This document shows, one piece after another, positions 46,087 to 55,757 of a stretch of 64,000 nucleotides of DNA. The stretch is from an uncultured delta proteobacterium. GTDB lineage: Bacteria; Myxococcota_A; Polyangia; Fen-1088. Under the pieces are notes generated by a model that saw nothing but the letters and a program-made list of their open reading frames with translations, was not told the DNA's origin and made no database searches. The number at the start of each line of letters is the position of its first letter. Position 1 is the first letter of the stretch. The stretch is from contig CAVYGB010000010.1 of assembly GCA_963767925.1 (NCBI GenBank), forward strand, positions 128,001 through 192,000. The letters are read 5' to 3'. The translations under genes were made by a program, and so were the position numbers.

Positions 46087-48666
46087 TCAGCGGGTGGCCG
46101 TGGGGGGCTGGACGAGCGTCGGGGGGCGGGCCAGGCGCTCGTTGAGCTGGGCCCGGTAGAGGCTGCGCGGCTCGATCAGCGCCCGGTCGGCGCCGTAGGT
46201 GCCGGTGCCGAGCAGGGCCCGGGCGCCGATGGCCCCGCCCATCACCCAGTTGTGCGCGGTGGGCGGATCGTCGACGCTGAACACCTCGGCCTCGCTGTTC
46301 CAGACCACCGAGTTTACCGCCGACCAGCCGTACGTCTTGCGGCCGCGCGCGAGATCGAAGTCCCCGCTGGGCTGCCCGCTGCTGTCCTGGACCCGCACGT
46401 TGTCGAGCAAGATCCCGGTCGACCAGCGCGAGTTGACCCGCACCCGCACCGACTTGCCCACCGCCAGCAGGTCCACCACCGCGTTGGGCCCCTCCACCTC
46501 GGTGCCGGTCATCAGGGCCGTGACGTGAGAGCCGTACGAGCGGTTGCGGTGGAGCAGGTTCTGCTGACCGCCGAGGTTGAAGGCAAACTGCGGGCAACGC
46601 TCCCCTTCCACCGCCAGGCCCACGTAGGTCACGTCCTCGACGGTGACCCACTTCGAGGGGGGCTCGAGCGAGACCGCCTCGCCCCCGAAGGCCTCCACCC
46701 GCACGTCCTTGACCCAGGCGTTGGCCACCGCGTTCACCCGCACCAGCTCCCCCTTGCCCGAGGGGCAAGGGCCGGGCACCGTGAACTCGCCCCGGGCGGC
46801 CAGCTTCTCCACCCCCAGCTCCGACACCCGCTCGGGGAAGTCGTAACGGGTCAGGTAGGCCTGGGTGAACTCCTTCTCCAGGGCGTTGGTCATCGGGACG
46901 TCGACCGTGATCCGGTTGCCCTCGATGCGGGTGATCCGCCGCTCGAAGGTCAGCCCGCCCTTCGCCTTCCAGGGCGACGGGACCTTGCCGTCGCGGTGTA
47001 CGGGCAGAAAATCGGTGCCGATGGCGCAGATCCAGCGCTGCGACTTCGGGCGGTGGACGATCACGTCGTCGCCGACCTTGAGGTCGCCCACCCGCTCGAG
47101 CGTGAAGGTGCGCGCCCCGACCGGCACGTAGACGTCGGTGATGGGGAAGGCCTCCTTGCCCGCCGCCCGCCGGCGCACCACCGGGCCCAGCTGGATGAGA
47201 GGCCGGGGCTGGCCGACCGCCCGCAGGAGCGTGGCCGGAGACCCCTCGGTCCCCTGCCCGCGCAGCACCACCCCGCCGACCGCCATCCGCAGGGTGCCGG
47301 CCACCATGAACTGGCCGGGCCCCAGCTCGACCGCGCCCCGGAAGCCCTGGGCATCGGGAGGCAGCGCCGAGACGGCGTCGATCGCGCTCTGGATCGTCGC
47401 GGTGTCGTCGCCGGTCCCCGAGGGGAGCAGCGGCGACGGTCCGGCGGCCGCGGGCACCTTCGGCAGCGGCACCCCGCCGCCCCGGTAGCCGCTGTGGGAG
47501 AAGTCCGGGACCCGGTTGCCCCGGGCATCTTCCGTGTATTTCAGGCAGCCGCTCGGCCCGGGGCGCACCCACAGGCCGCTCACCGGCCGGGCCCGAAAGT
47601 CCTTGCCGGTCGGTCCGGCGTCGAAGTGCCGGCAGGCCGACAGGTTCACCGCGCCGGGATCGGGCAGGGCCTCGGCCAGCGGGCTCGACTCGTGCGGCCG
47701 GCAGGCCCCCGCCTCGGCGACCGGCAGCAGGCCCTCGGCGGTCCGGGCCCGCTCGCGCAGCTCGTCGGCCGGGCCGCCGCCAGCACCCGGCGCGGTCGCG
47801 CCGGCGACCGCCGGGGGGGCGACCTTCCGGTCGGCCTCGGCGTCTTCGGCCAGCGCGGTCAAGGCGCGGGTCACCGGCTCGGCGTCGTCCTGGGAGAGCG
47901 AATCGAGCAGCACGTGCCCCTCGCCGACCCGGGCCAGGCCGTCGGAGGCCCGCGCCAGCAGGGTATCGCCGGGGCCGAGCAGCACCCCCCTGGGTCCCGT
48001 GCTCGCCCCCTGCACCGACACGCGTCCAGCACGCACGCTGACCAGGAGCAGCTCGCGCCGGGCCAGCCAGTTGACGTCGAGGCTCGTCGCCACCGTCTCC
48101 GCCGGCAACACCCGGTAGGGACCGGCCTCCAGCGCCCAGGCGTTGGCCCGGTTCGACTGGATGTGGGCCCGGGCCCGCCCGCCGAGCATCTGCAGCCGGG
48201 CGCCCTGGGCGGTCACCGAGGTCAGCCGGGCCCGGCCGTCCCGGCGCAGGAGGATCGTGCTGCCCTCGCCGAACCGGAGCGTGCCCGCCCCGGCCAGGGT
48301 CAACGGCACCTCGGCGGCCTCTGCCCGGGGCGCGGCCGCGGGCGCCGCGCCCGCCTCGGTCGCCGGCTCGAACTGGTAGGCGAGCGGCCCGGCCGGCCCG
48401 CGGTCGTCACCGACCACGAGGACCAGCGCGGTGGCGGCCACCGCCAGCCCGCCGAACAGCGCCGGGAGCCAGCGCCGATCAGACCGGCGCCCGGAGGCCT
48501 GGTAGACCTGCTGGGCCCGGGCCAGGCCGGTGGGCATCTGGCGGGGCCCGCGGGTCAGGCCGTGGCGGACGATGCGGCCGAGCAGGACGTGGCCACGTTC
48601 TTCGTCGTCCGACGGCGAAGCGGTCGAAAAAGGCGGCGGAACAGGCGGGGAAGGCGATCGCGACAT
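46087..48666 (-). CDS. FecR-like membrane protein fused to a pectate-lyase-superfamily beta-helix domain
   Basis: TM, FGEGSTILL, ALEAGPYRV, VSVRAGRVSV; then GNRVPDFSHSGYRGGG, DDTATIQSAIDAV, GAVELGPG, GVVLRGQG. Confidence 0.75.
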   Translation of the reverse strand: MSRSPSPPVPPPFSTASPSDDEERGHVLLGRIVRHGLTRGPRQMPTGLARAQQVYQASGRRSDRRWLPALFGGLAVAATALVLVVGDDRGPAGPLAYQFEPATEAGAAPAAAPRAEAAEVPLTLAGAGTLRFGEGSTILLRRDGRARLTSVTAQGARLQMLGGRARAHIQSNRANAWALEAGPYRVLPAETVATSLDVNWLARRELLLVSVRAGRVSVQGASTGPRGVLLGPGDTLLARASDGLARVGEGHVLLDSLSQDDAEPVTRALTALAEDAEADRKVAPPAVAGATAPGAGGGPADELRERARTAEGLLPVAEAGACRPHESSPLAEALPDPGAVNLSACRHFDAGPTGKDFRARPVSGLWVRPGPSGCLKYTEDARGNRVPDFSHSGYRGGGVPLPKVPAAAGPSPLLPSGTGDDTATIQSAIDAVSALPPDAQGFRGAVELGPGQFMVAGTLRMAVGGVVLRGQGTEGSPATLLRAVGQPRPLIQLGPVVRRRAAGKEAFPITDVYVPVGARTFTLERVGDLKVGDDVIVHRPKSQRWICAIGTDFLPVHRDGKVPSPWKAKGGLTFERRITRIEGNRITVDVPMTNALEKEFTQAYLTRYDFPERVSELGVEKLAARGEFTVPGPCPSGKGELVRVNAVANAWVKDVRVEAFGGEAVSLEPPSKWVTVEDVTYVGLAVEGERCPQFAFNLGGQQNLLHRNRSYGSHVTALMTGTEVEGPNAVVDLLAVGKSVRVRVNSRWSTGILLDNVRVQDSSGQPSGDFDLARGRKTYGWSAVNSVVWNSEAEVFSVDDPPTAHNWVMGGAIGARALLGTGTYGADRALIEPRSLYRAQLNERLARPPTLVQPPTATR

Positions 48667-48674
48667 GATGGGCC

Positions 48675-49364
48675 CTAGGCCTCCGTCTTGGCCGGGATGC
48701 CGGGGCTGGCGACCTCGGTTCGCGGGTGGGTCGTGTAGGGGGCGAGCACCGGGTCACTGCTCATCAACACACCGAGCCGCTTGGTCAGACGTTCGAGCCG
48801 GCGGCGCACGGTCGAGACCGAGACGCCCACCAGCCCGGCGATCTCGGCCTGCTCGAGGCCTTCGATGTAGCGGAGGACGTAGATGGTCCGGTCCTTGATC
48901 CGGAGCTGGTCCATCATGCGGTAGAGGTGGACGATCACCTCACGCGACTCAGGATCCATCTCGGTCGAGACCGGCAGAGCGAGCCGCTGATCGGCCACCG
49001 GAGCGAGCCACCGTCTGACGCGCCGGCGTCGAATTTCCTCCTGCGCCCGCCGGATCGCAATGGCCATCACAAAGGATCGAAGTGACTCGGTCTTCTGCAG
49101 GCCCTTCACTTTGCGGAAGAATCTCAGAAAAACGTCCTGCGCCAGGTCCTCAAGCTCCCCGTCGGGACCGAGCATCCGGCGCAAGGTTGTCTCGACCAGG
49201 GGGTAGAACCGGTGCCAGGCCAGCTCGGGCGCCTCGCTCTGGCCATCGATCAGGGCGCGCGCGAGCAGCCCCTCGTCGAGGCTCGGGGAACGTGCTTCCG
49301 CCGTCTTGAGCGATCGCGCAGGGCGCACGGCAGGTGACCCTATTCGGTGCGGGGCCGCAACCAG
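48675..49364 (-). CDS. ECF (sigma70 group 4) RNA polymerase sigma factor
   Basis: LEDLAQDVFLRFF (region 2), YVLRYIEGLEQAEIAGLVGVSVSTVRRRL (region 4). Start uncertain: CTG 49364 after GGAGG, or GTG 49328. Confidence 0.92.
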   Translation of the reverse strand: MVAAPHRIGSPAVRPARSLKTAEARSPSLDEGLLARALIDGQSEAPELAWHRFYPLVETTLRRMLGPDGELEDLAQDVFLRFFRKVKGLQKTESLRSFVMAIAIRRAQEEIRRRRVRRWLAPVADQRLALPVSTEMDPESREVIVHLYRMMDQLRIKDRTIYVLRYIEGLEQAEIAGLVGVSVSTVRRRLERLTKRLGVLMSSDPVLAPYTTHPRTEVASPGIPAKTEA

Positions 49365-49524
49365 GTTGGAGACCTCCCCACGGGTGTCGTTCCGGGGAGG
49401 GGTTTGCCAGGAGAACGGGCAGCGGCGGCGGGCATCGGGCCGGGAGCGGCGGAGCGTCGGAGCGTCTCCATTTCTTGCCGAAAGCCCATTCCTTATGGAT
49501 ACCGCTCGCTTTGTGGAACCGTCC

Positions 49525-49550
49525 ACGAAATCGTTACAGAAATCGTTACC
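49525..49550 (-). promoter_or_regulatory. 11-bp direct repeat forming an ECF-type promoter candidate
   Basis: GAAATCGTTAC at 49527-49537 and 49539-49549; the minus strand reads GGTAAC-N17-CGT. Confidence 0.45.
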
Positions 49551-49608
49551 GCGGCACCGTCTTTTCGTGGCGGCGCTGCTAACACCGCGTGTCGTTGCGG
49601 TATCCATC

Positions 49609-50604
49609 TCAACGTGCGGCGAACAGGGGCGGCACACCGAGGACCGAGGCGCGGTAGCCCAGCGTCGAGGCGACGATGGGCGCCAGGCTGGGCAAGGCGC
49701 GCTGCAGGCGGCGGGTGATCTCCGGAACGTAGACCGCGGCCGAATCGGCCACCCCGCCGGAGATAACTATCACGTCGGGGTCGAGGATGCTCTGGACCGC
49801 GCTGAGGGCGACCGTCCAGAGATCGACCCCCCGATCGACAACCTGGCGCGCCCAGGGCACGCCCGCCGCGGCCGCGGCGAACAGGCGCTCGCCCCGCCCC
49901 TCCGCCTCGGAGATGGGCGTGCCGGCGGCCGCCGCCAGCCGGCGGGCCTCCGCCGCGAACCCGGCGCCGGCGGCGTAGCTCTCGAGCGCCCCGATCTCCC
50001 GGTTGTCCCAGCTCAGAAACTCGCTCCCCGGCAGCAGCGCCCCGATCTCGCCGGCGGCGTAGCTGCGGCCCCGCCACAGCTTGCCGTCGATCACCACCGC
50101 GCCGCCGATGCCGGTGCCCACGGCGATGAGGAACATCGAGCGGGCCCCCTTGCCCGCGCCGACCGCCTGTTCGCCCAGCGCGGCCAGGTTGACGTCGTTC
50201 TCCACCCGCACCGGCAGGCCCAGACGCTCCGCGAGCAGGGCCCCCAGGGCGACGTCCCGCCAGGCCAGCGCGCCGGCCACCAGGACGACGCCGTCCGGCC
50301 GGGTCATCCCGGGGGCGCCCACGCCGACGCCGAGCGGACGCTGGCCGGCGGCCCGCGCCTTCGCGATCAACGCCGCCCCCGACCGCACCAGGCAGGGATA
50401 AGCCGGCCCCAGCGCCCGCTCCGCGTCCGAGGCGGGCCCTCCGGGCAGATCGGCGCCCTCGTCGCGCCCGGAGGCGCCGAGGCCCCCCGCGTGCTCGACG
50501 TAGCTCTCGGCGTGCACGACGCCGGCGCCATCGACGACCGCGCCGAAGACCTTGGTGCCGCCCAGATCGAGGCCGACGTAAACAGCCTCGCCCGCGCCGC
50601 TCAT
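49609..50604 (-). CDS. ROK family sugar kinase
   Basis: GLDLGGTK, GVGVGAPG, VENDVN, GTGIGG, AGEIG. No N-terminal HTH. Confidence 0.92.
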   Translation of the reverse strand: MSGAGEAVYVGLDLGGTKVFGAVVDGAGVVHAESYVEHAGGLGASGRDEGADLPGGPASDAERALGPAYPCLVRSGAALIAKARAAGQRPLGVGVGAPGMTRPDGVVLVAGALAWRDVALGALLAERLGLPVRVENDVNLAALGEQAVGAGKGARSMFLIAVGTGIGGAVVIDGKLWRGRSYAAGEIGALLPGSEFLSWDNREIGALESYAAGAGFAAEARRLAAAAGTPISEAEGRGERLFAAAAAGVPWARQVVDRGVDLWTVALSAVQSILDPDVIVISGGVADSAAVYVPEITRRLQRALPSLAPIVASTLGYRASVLGVPPLFAAR

Positions 50605-51686
50605 GCCCGTTTCCACAGGTCGATCGGCTTGCGCACGTCGGGCGGCGGCGTGTAGGGCCAGGGGATCTTGCGGCCCTCGCCGGCCGACTGATAGGCGGCG
50701 TAGATGATCTTGAGGACCTCGCGCCCATCCTCCCCGGTCTCGAAGGGCTTCTCCTTGCCCATCACCACCCGGCAGAAGTGCCCGAGCTCCTGGGGAAAGC
50801 CGTAGTTCCAGACCTCCTCGTACATCGTGAAGCTGTGGCCCTTTGTGTCGCCGGCCTTCTCCTGGGCGTAGCCGTAGCCCTTCTGGCTGTAGGTCAGGAG
50901 CGCCGACCCGCGCAGCAGATCGGCCCGCGTGAACCCCTCGCTGCCGTAGATCTCGCAGCGGTCGTCGACCCCGCCCCGCTTGGCCCAGCTGTTTTCCGCC
51001 AGCACCAGCCCGCCGCCTTCGAACTCGATGATCACGAGCGAGTGGTCCTCGCCCTTCGTCTTCTCGCTGTGCACGTAGGTGCCCATCTGGGCGTAGACGC
51101 TCTTGACCGCAGGCTTGCCGAGCACCCAGCGCCCGTATTCGATCGAGTGGCAGCCCATGTCGAGCAACACGCCGCCGCCCGACCGCTCGACGTCCCAGAA
51201 CCAGGGCATGTGGGGGCCGTCGTGCTCCTCGCTCTGCTTGACCAGGAACGGCTTGCCGAGGGCCCCCTCGTCGACGAGGGCCTTGGCCCGCACGTATTTC
51301 GGGGCGAAGAGCAGCTCCTCGGCGTAGAGCAGGTGGACGCCCGCTTCCTTGCAGGCGGCGATCATGCGATCGGCCTCGGCCAGCGTCCGGCACAGGGGCT
51401 TCTCGCAGACCACGTGTTTGCCGGCCCGGGCGGCGGCGATGGCCGCCTCGGCGTGCAGGTCGTTCGGCAGGGCCAGCGACACGAGCTGGATGTCCTTGCG
51501 GGCCAGCAGCTCCCGGTAGTCGGTGTACGCGTGGGGGATGCCGCGCTCCTCGGCGAAGCGTTTGGCCTTGCCCGGGCTGGGCGAGGCCACCGCCAGCAGG
51601 TTTGCCTCGGGGACCACCTTCAGGGCGTGGGCGTGCAGGTCGGCGATGAACCCGCTGCCGATGATGCCGTAGCCGACTTTGTCCAT
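50601..51686 (-). CDS. Gfo/Idh/MocA oxidoreductase
   Basis: GIIGSGFIA, GKHVVCEKP, SGGGVLLDMGCH. Confidence 0.93.
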   Translation of the reverse strand: MDKVGYGIIGSGFIADLHAHALKVVPEANLLAVASPSPGKAKRFAEERGIPHAYTDYRELLARKDIQLVSLALPNDLHAEAAIAAARAGKHVVCEKPLCRTLAEADRMIAACKEAGVHLLYAEELLFAPKYVRAKALVDEGALGKPFLVKQSEEHDGPHMPWFWDVERSGGGVLLDMGCHSIEYGRWVLGKPAVKSVYAQMGTYVHSEKTKGEDHSLVIIEFEGGGLVLAENSWAKRGGVDDRCEIYGSEGFTRADLLRGSALLTYSQKGYGYAQEKAGDTKGHSFTMYEEVWNYGFPQELGHFCRVVMGKEKPFETGEDGREVLKIIYAAYQSAGEGRKIPWPYTPPPDVRKPIDLWKRA

Positions 51687-51727
51687 ACCCTTTCCTCCAA
51701 CGATCGGTGGGGGCTGGTCAAGCCTTG

Positions 51728-52768
51728 CTAGAACGTTTTTACCACCTTGGTGGTAAGCCCCCGGGGTCGGTCGGGGTCCAGGTTGCGCGCCAGCGCCAGC
51801 TCGAGGGCGAGGAGCTGGCCGGGGAGGACCGCGGTGGCGGGGGAGAGCCACTCGGGGACGGTCACCGCGAGGGGCAGGCGGACCGTGGCGGTGGGGGCGG
51901 CCGCCGGGTCGTCGCTGATCACGGTGAGCTCGGCCCCGCGCGCGCCGATCTCCTGGGCCAGCTTCTGCATGTCGGGCAGGGCGGCACCCGAGGGCATCAC
52001 GAGCAAGGCGGGCGTGCCTGGCTGCACCAGCGCGATGGAGCCGTGACGCAGGTCGGCCGCCGACCAGCCGTGGGTGGGCAGGCAGAGCAGCTCGCGCAGC
52101 TTGAGCCCCAGCTCGTCGGCGGTGCACAGGTTGATGCCGCGGGCGAGGGTCATCAGGCTGCCGATGTCGCGGAGCCGCCCGGCCGCCTCGCGGGCGGGCG
52201 CGGCCGCCCCCTCGAGCACCCGCTGCATGGCCTCGGGCAGGCGGCGCAGCGCCTCGAGGCCGGCGGCGTCGCCGGCCAGCGCGACGCCGAACAGCGCCAC
52301 CGCCGCGAGCTGCGTGCTGTAAGTCTTCGTCGCGGCGATGGCCAGCTCGGGCGTCAGGCACAGGTCGAACACGTGGTCGGCGGTGCGGGCCAGCGGGGAG
52401 GCGGGGTCGTTGGTGAAGGCGACGGTGGGCCGGCCCTGGCGCCGCCCTTCCTCGACCACCGCCACCACGTCGGGAGACTGTCCCGACTGCGAGATGCCGA
52501 CCACCAGCGCCCCCTCGAGGCGCGGGGGCCGGTGGTACAGCGTGTGGAGCGAGGGGGCGGCCGAGGCGACCGGCACGCTGGCCAGCATCCCCCAGAGGTA
52601 ACGGGCGTAGGTGGTGGCGTGGTCGGAGCTGCCGCGCGCGGCGACGAGCGCATAGCTGAAGGGGGGAAGCGACTGCGCGACGCGCGCCATGGCGGCGGTG
52701 TGGCGGTCGATGAAGCCGGCCACCTCGGCGGGCTGGCTGGCGATCTCTTGCGAAAGGAACGAGCTCAT
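51728..52768 (-). CDS. Double-SIS phosphosugar isomerase/deaminase (GlmS C-terminal-like)
   Basis: EIASQP, ARGSSDHA, ISQSGQSPD, AATKTY, DPDRPRGLTTKV. Confidence 0.92.
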   Translation of the reverse strand: MSSFLSQEIASQPAEVAGFIDRHTAAMARVAQSLPPFSYALVAARGSSDHATTYARYLWGMLASVPVASAAPSLHTLYHRPPRLEGALVVGISQSGQSPDVVAVVEEGRRQGRPTVAFTNDPASPLARTADHVFDLCLTPELAIAATKTYSTQLAAVALFGVALAGDAAGLEALRRLPEAMQRVLEGAAAPAREAAGRLRDIGSLMTLARGINLCTADELGLKLRELLCLPTHGWSAADLRHGSIALVQPGTPALLVMPSGAALPDMQKLAQEIGARGAELTVISDDPAAAPTATVRLPLAVTVPEWLSPATAVLPGQLLALELALARNLDPDRPRGLTTKVVKTF

Positions 52769-52882
52769 CGGTGCGCAAGGCGGTTACCACGCCGCGCACT
52801 GCGCGCAAATCTTTACTTCGGTTCAACTTCGCTGCGTCCCGATCGACGAGCGGCGCGACACGCCAGCGACGGAAGGCGTCGG

Positions 52883-53629
52883 TCAACGCGCGGGCGAGCC
52901 CAGGCCGCAGAAGCGGGCCACGTAGGCGCTGGCCGGACGGGCCTCCAGCTCGGCGAGGGTGCCTCGCTGCACCACCCGGCCCTGCTCGATCACGAGCACC
53001 GACGCGTCCAGCCCCGCCACGTCGGCGCGGTCGTGGGTGACAACGAGCGCGGGCAAGCCCAGCTCCCGCAGGCGGGCCCGCAAGAAGGCCCGCACCTCCC
53101 CCCGCGCGCCGGCGTCGAGCGCGGCGAACGGCTCGTCGAACAGCAGGGCGCGCGGCGTGCGGGCCAGGGCGCGGGCCAGGGCCACCCGCTGCCGCTCCCC
53201 GCCCGAGAGCGCATGGGGGTGGCGATCGGCGCAGGCCAGCGCGCCCACCCGGTCGAGCAGCGCGCGCGCCCGCTCCTGGCGCTGCCGGGCGGGCGGCGCC
53301 GGCCGCAAGCAGGCCAGGGCGAAGGCCACGTTGCCGGCCGCGGTGAGGTGGGGAAACAGGGCGTAGTCCTGGGGCAAATAGGCGATCCCGCGCTCCTCCG
53401 CCGGCAGGTCGAGGCCGCGCTCCCCGTCGAACAGCACCTCGCCCCCGAGCGCGATGTGGCCGGCGTCGGGGCGCACCAGCCCGAGCAGCGCCAGCAAGGT
53501 GGTGGTCTTGCCCGCGCCGTTGGGGCCGACCAGGGCGAGCGGGCCAGCGGGCCGTCCTGCCACAGCCAGCTCGAGGTCGAGCTCGAGGCCGGGCAGCCGC
53601 TTGCGCAAGGTGGCCTGCAGGCCGGTCAT
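52883..53629 (-). CDS. modC: Molybdate ABC transporter ATP-binding protein
   Basis: GPNGAGKT, LPAEERGIAYLPQDYALFPHL, LSGGERQRVALARAL; coupled to modB. Confidence 0.85.
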   Translation of the reverse strand: MTGLQATLRKRLPGLELDLELAVAGRPAGPLALVGPNGAGKTTTLLALLGLVRPDAGHIALGGEVLFDGERGLDLPAEERGIAYLPQDYALFPHLTAAGNVAFALACLRPAPPARQRQERARALLDRVGALACADRHPHALSGGERQRVALARALARTPRALLFDEPFAALDAGARGEVRAFLRARLRELGLPALVVTHDRADVAGLDASVLVIEQGRVVQRGTLAELEARPASAYVARFCGLGSPAR

Positions 53630-54459
53630 CGCCCGCGCCTCCCGGTCGATCCGGGCCCCGCCCCGTCCCCTCGCCCCTGCACCCGCAGGACCAGCAGGAG
53701 GGCGAAGGCTACCACCACCAGCAGGAGCGACAGCGCCTGGGCCGCGCGCAGGTCGCTCTCCAGCGCGGTGTAGATCGCCAGCGGCAGGGTCTGGGTCTTG
53801 CCCGAGAGGTTCCCGGCGAACATCAAGGTGGCCCCGAACTCACCGAGCGCCCGCGCCCAGGCCATGGCCGCCGCGGCCACCAGCCCGGTCCGGGCCAGGG
53901 GAAGCGCCACCTGGAAGAAGGCCCGGGCCGGCGAGGCGCCCAGGCTGCGCGCCACGACCAGCAGCCGCTCGTCGAGGCCGCGGAAGGCGGCGGTGGCCCC
54001 CTGGACGTAAAAGGGCGCCGACACGAAGGCCTGGGCCAGCACCACCGCGGTGGTGCTGAAGGAGATGGTCCAGCCCAGCTCGAGAAACAGTGGGCCCAGC
54101 ACCCCCCGGCGGCCGAAGGCGAGCAGCAAGGCGATGCCCGCCACCGCCGGCGGGATCACAACCGGCAAGGCCACCAGGGTCTCGACCGCCCGGACACCGG
54201 CCCCGCTGGCCCGGGCCAGCCACCAGGCCAGCGGCGTCCCCAGCAGCAGCACGAGCCCGAGGCTGATCAGGGTTGTCACCAGGCTGAGCAGGAGGGCGGG
54301 GACCGCCACCGGGTGGCGAAAACCGGCGACGATCTCGGCGGGCGCCGTCGAGAAGATCAGCGAGGCGATCGGCACCGCCAGCAGCGCCACCAGGGTGGCG
54401 GCCAGCAGGAAGCCTACCCCCCCGAACCAGCGTCGCCGCCAGCGGTCCGAGACGCTCAC
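53626..54459 (-). CDS. modB: Molybdate ABC transporter permease
   Basis: LPVVIPPAVAGIALL, WARALGEFGATLMFAGN, TQTLPLAIY. Start GTG 54459 or 54474. Confidence 0.92.
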   Translation of the reverse strand: MSVSDRWRRRWFGGVGFLLAATLVALLAVPIASLIFSTAPAEIVAGFRHPVAVPALLLSLVTTLISLGLVLLLGTPLAWWLARASGAGVRAVETLVALPVVIPPAVAGIALLLAFGRRGVLGPLFLELGWTISFSTTAVVLAQAFVSAPFYVQGATAAFRGLDERLLVVARSLGASPARAFFQVALPLARTGLVAAAAMAWARALGEFGATLMFAGNLSGKTQTLPLAIYTALESDLRAAQALSLLLVVVAFALLLVLRVQGRGDGAGPGSTGRRGR

Positions 54460-54478
54460 CGGGCCGGGGCCCACCCGG

Positions 54479-55652
54479 TCATGCCGCCACCTCGGCGACA
54501 ACCTGCCCGGTGCGGCTGGTGCCATACCCCGCCAGCCCGCCGAGGTCGCGCAGGAACCGGCTGCTGCCGAGGATGTCGAGCATCCGTTGCAGCCGGAGGT
54601 CTCCCTGGGACCGGGCGGGGAAGACCGAGATCGAAGCGGGCCTCGTCGAGGGGCACGAACTCGAGCCCGCAGCGGATCGCCGCCGCCTGGGTGGAGATGC
54701 CGGCGTCGGCGGCGCCGGCGGCCACCATCTGCGCCACCGCGAGGTGGCCGGCCGCCACCGCCACCACGTCGATCGCCTTGCGCGGCACCCCCTCCTCGGC
54801 GGCCAGCCGGTGCAGCAGCTCGCTGGCGCCGCTGCCCGGCTCGCGGCCCACCACCCGGACCCCCTTGCCGGCGAGGTCCTTGACCCGCCGGATCTTGCGG
54901 GCGTTGCCCGGGACCACCACCAGCCCCTGCTCCCAGGTGGCGAGGTTGACCAGCACCAGCGCCTGCCCGCCCAGGCGGCGGCGGGCGGGCGCTACATTGA
55001 AGCCGCCGCTCTCCTCATCGAACAGGTGCAGGCCGGCGAGGTGCACCTCTCCCGCCGCCAGCAGGTCGAGGGCCCGGCCGCTGGCCGCCGGCAGCCAGTG
55101 CAACCGGCCGCCCTTCCAGCGCTCCTCGAGGTGGGCGGCCAGCAGCGCCAGGGCCGGGTCGCAGCCAGCCGCGAACAGGTTCTCGCGCAGGACGGCCTCT
55201 TCGCGCAGGGGCTGCACGCTGACCGAGGCGGCGCCACCCGCGCGCGCCGCCAGCCCATCGGCCGGCACCAGCGGCCCGTTGCCGCCGGGGTCGTCGAGCA
55301 GGTGGGCCACCCAGCGGGCTCCCACCTGGGCCAGGGCCACCCGCTCGAGCGCCGGCGCCGCTCCTTCGCGGCGGGCGCGAGCGGGCATCCGGGGGCTGGC
55401 GTTGCGCGCGCCGGCCTCCTGCCGGTTCTCCACCACGACGGCGTCGATCGGCCGGGCCGGCTCCTCGAGCCAGAAGATGTCCTCGACCCGGCAGCCCAGC
55501 ACCCGGGCGAGCTGCAGCGCGATCTTCGTGGCGGGGACGCTGTCCCCCGCCTCGAGCGCGGTAAGGGTCTGGCGGCTGACGCCGATCAGCCGGGCCAGCT
55601 CCTGCTGCGCGAGCCCGGCCTTGGTCCGCAGTGCGCGCAGATTGCTGTGCAT
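54479..55652 (-). CDS. XRE-HTH + molybdate-binding (PBP-like) regulator with an apparent +1 frameshift near 54626
   Basis: QELARLIGVSRQTL, AGCDPAL, REPGSGA. The family-like C-terminus VFPARSQGDLRLQRMLDILGSSRFLRDLGGLAGYG is in the shifted frame. Confidence 0.8.
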
Positions 55653-55700
55653 CAGGACCGGCTCCACGGCAGGCCCAGCTCTGGCACGCGGGGAGAGCCC

Positions 55701-55744
55701 TGTCAACCGCGCTTGACCTGTGTCAATGGCGTCAGGAGCTGACG
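55701..55744. promoter_or_regulatory. Cluster of GTCA/TGAC inverted half-sites upstream of the mod regulator
   Basis: GTCAA-N6-TTGAC, TTGAC-N4-GTCAA, CGTCAG-N3-CTGACG; two TTGACA hexamers on the minus strand. Confidence 0.5.
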
Positions 55745-55757
55745 CTATCTACAGAGA

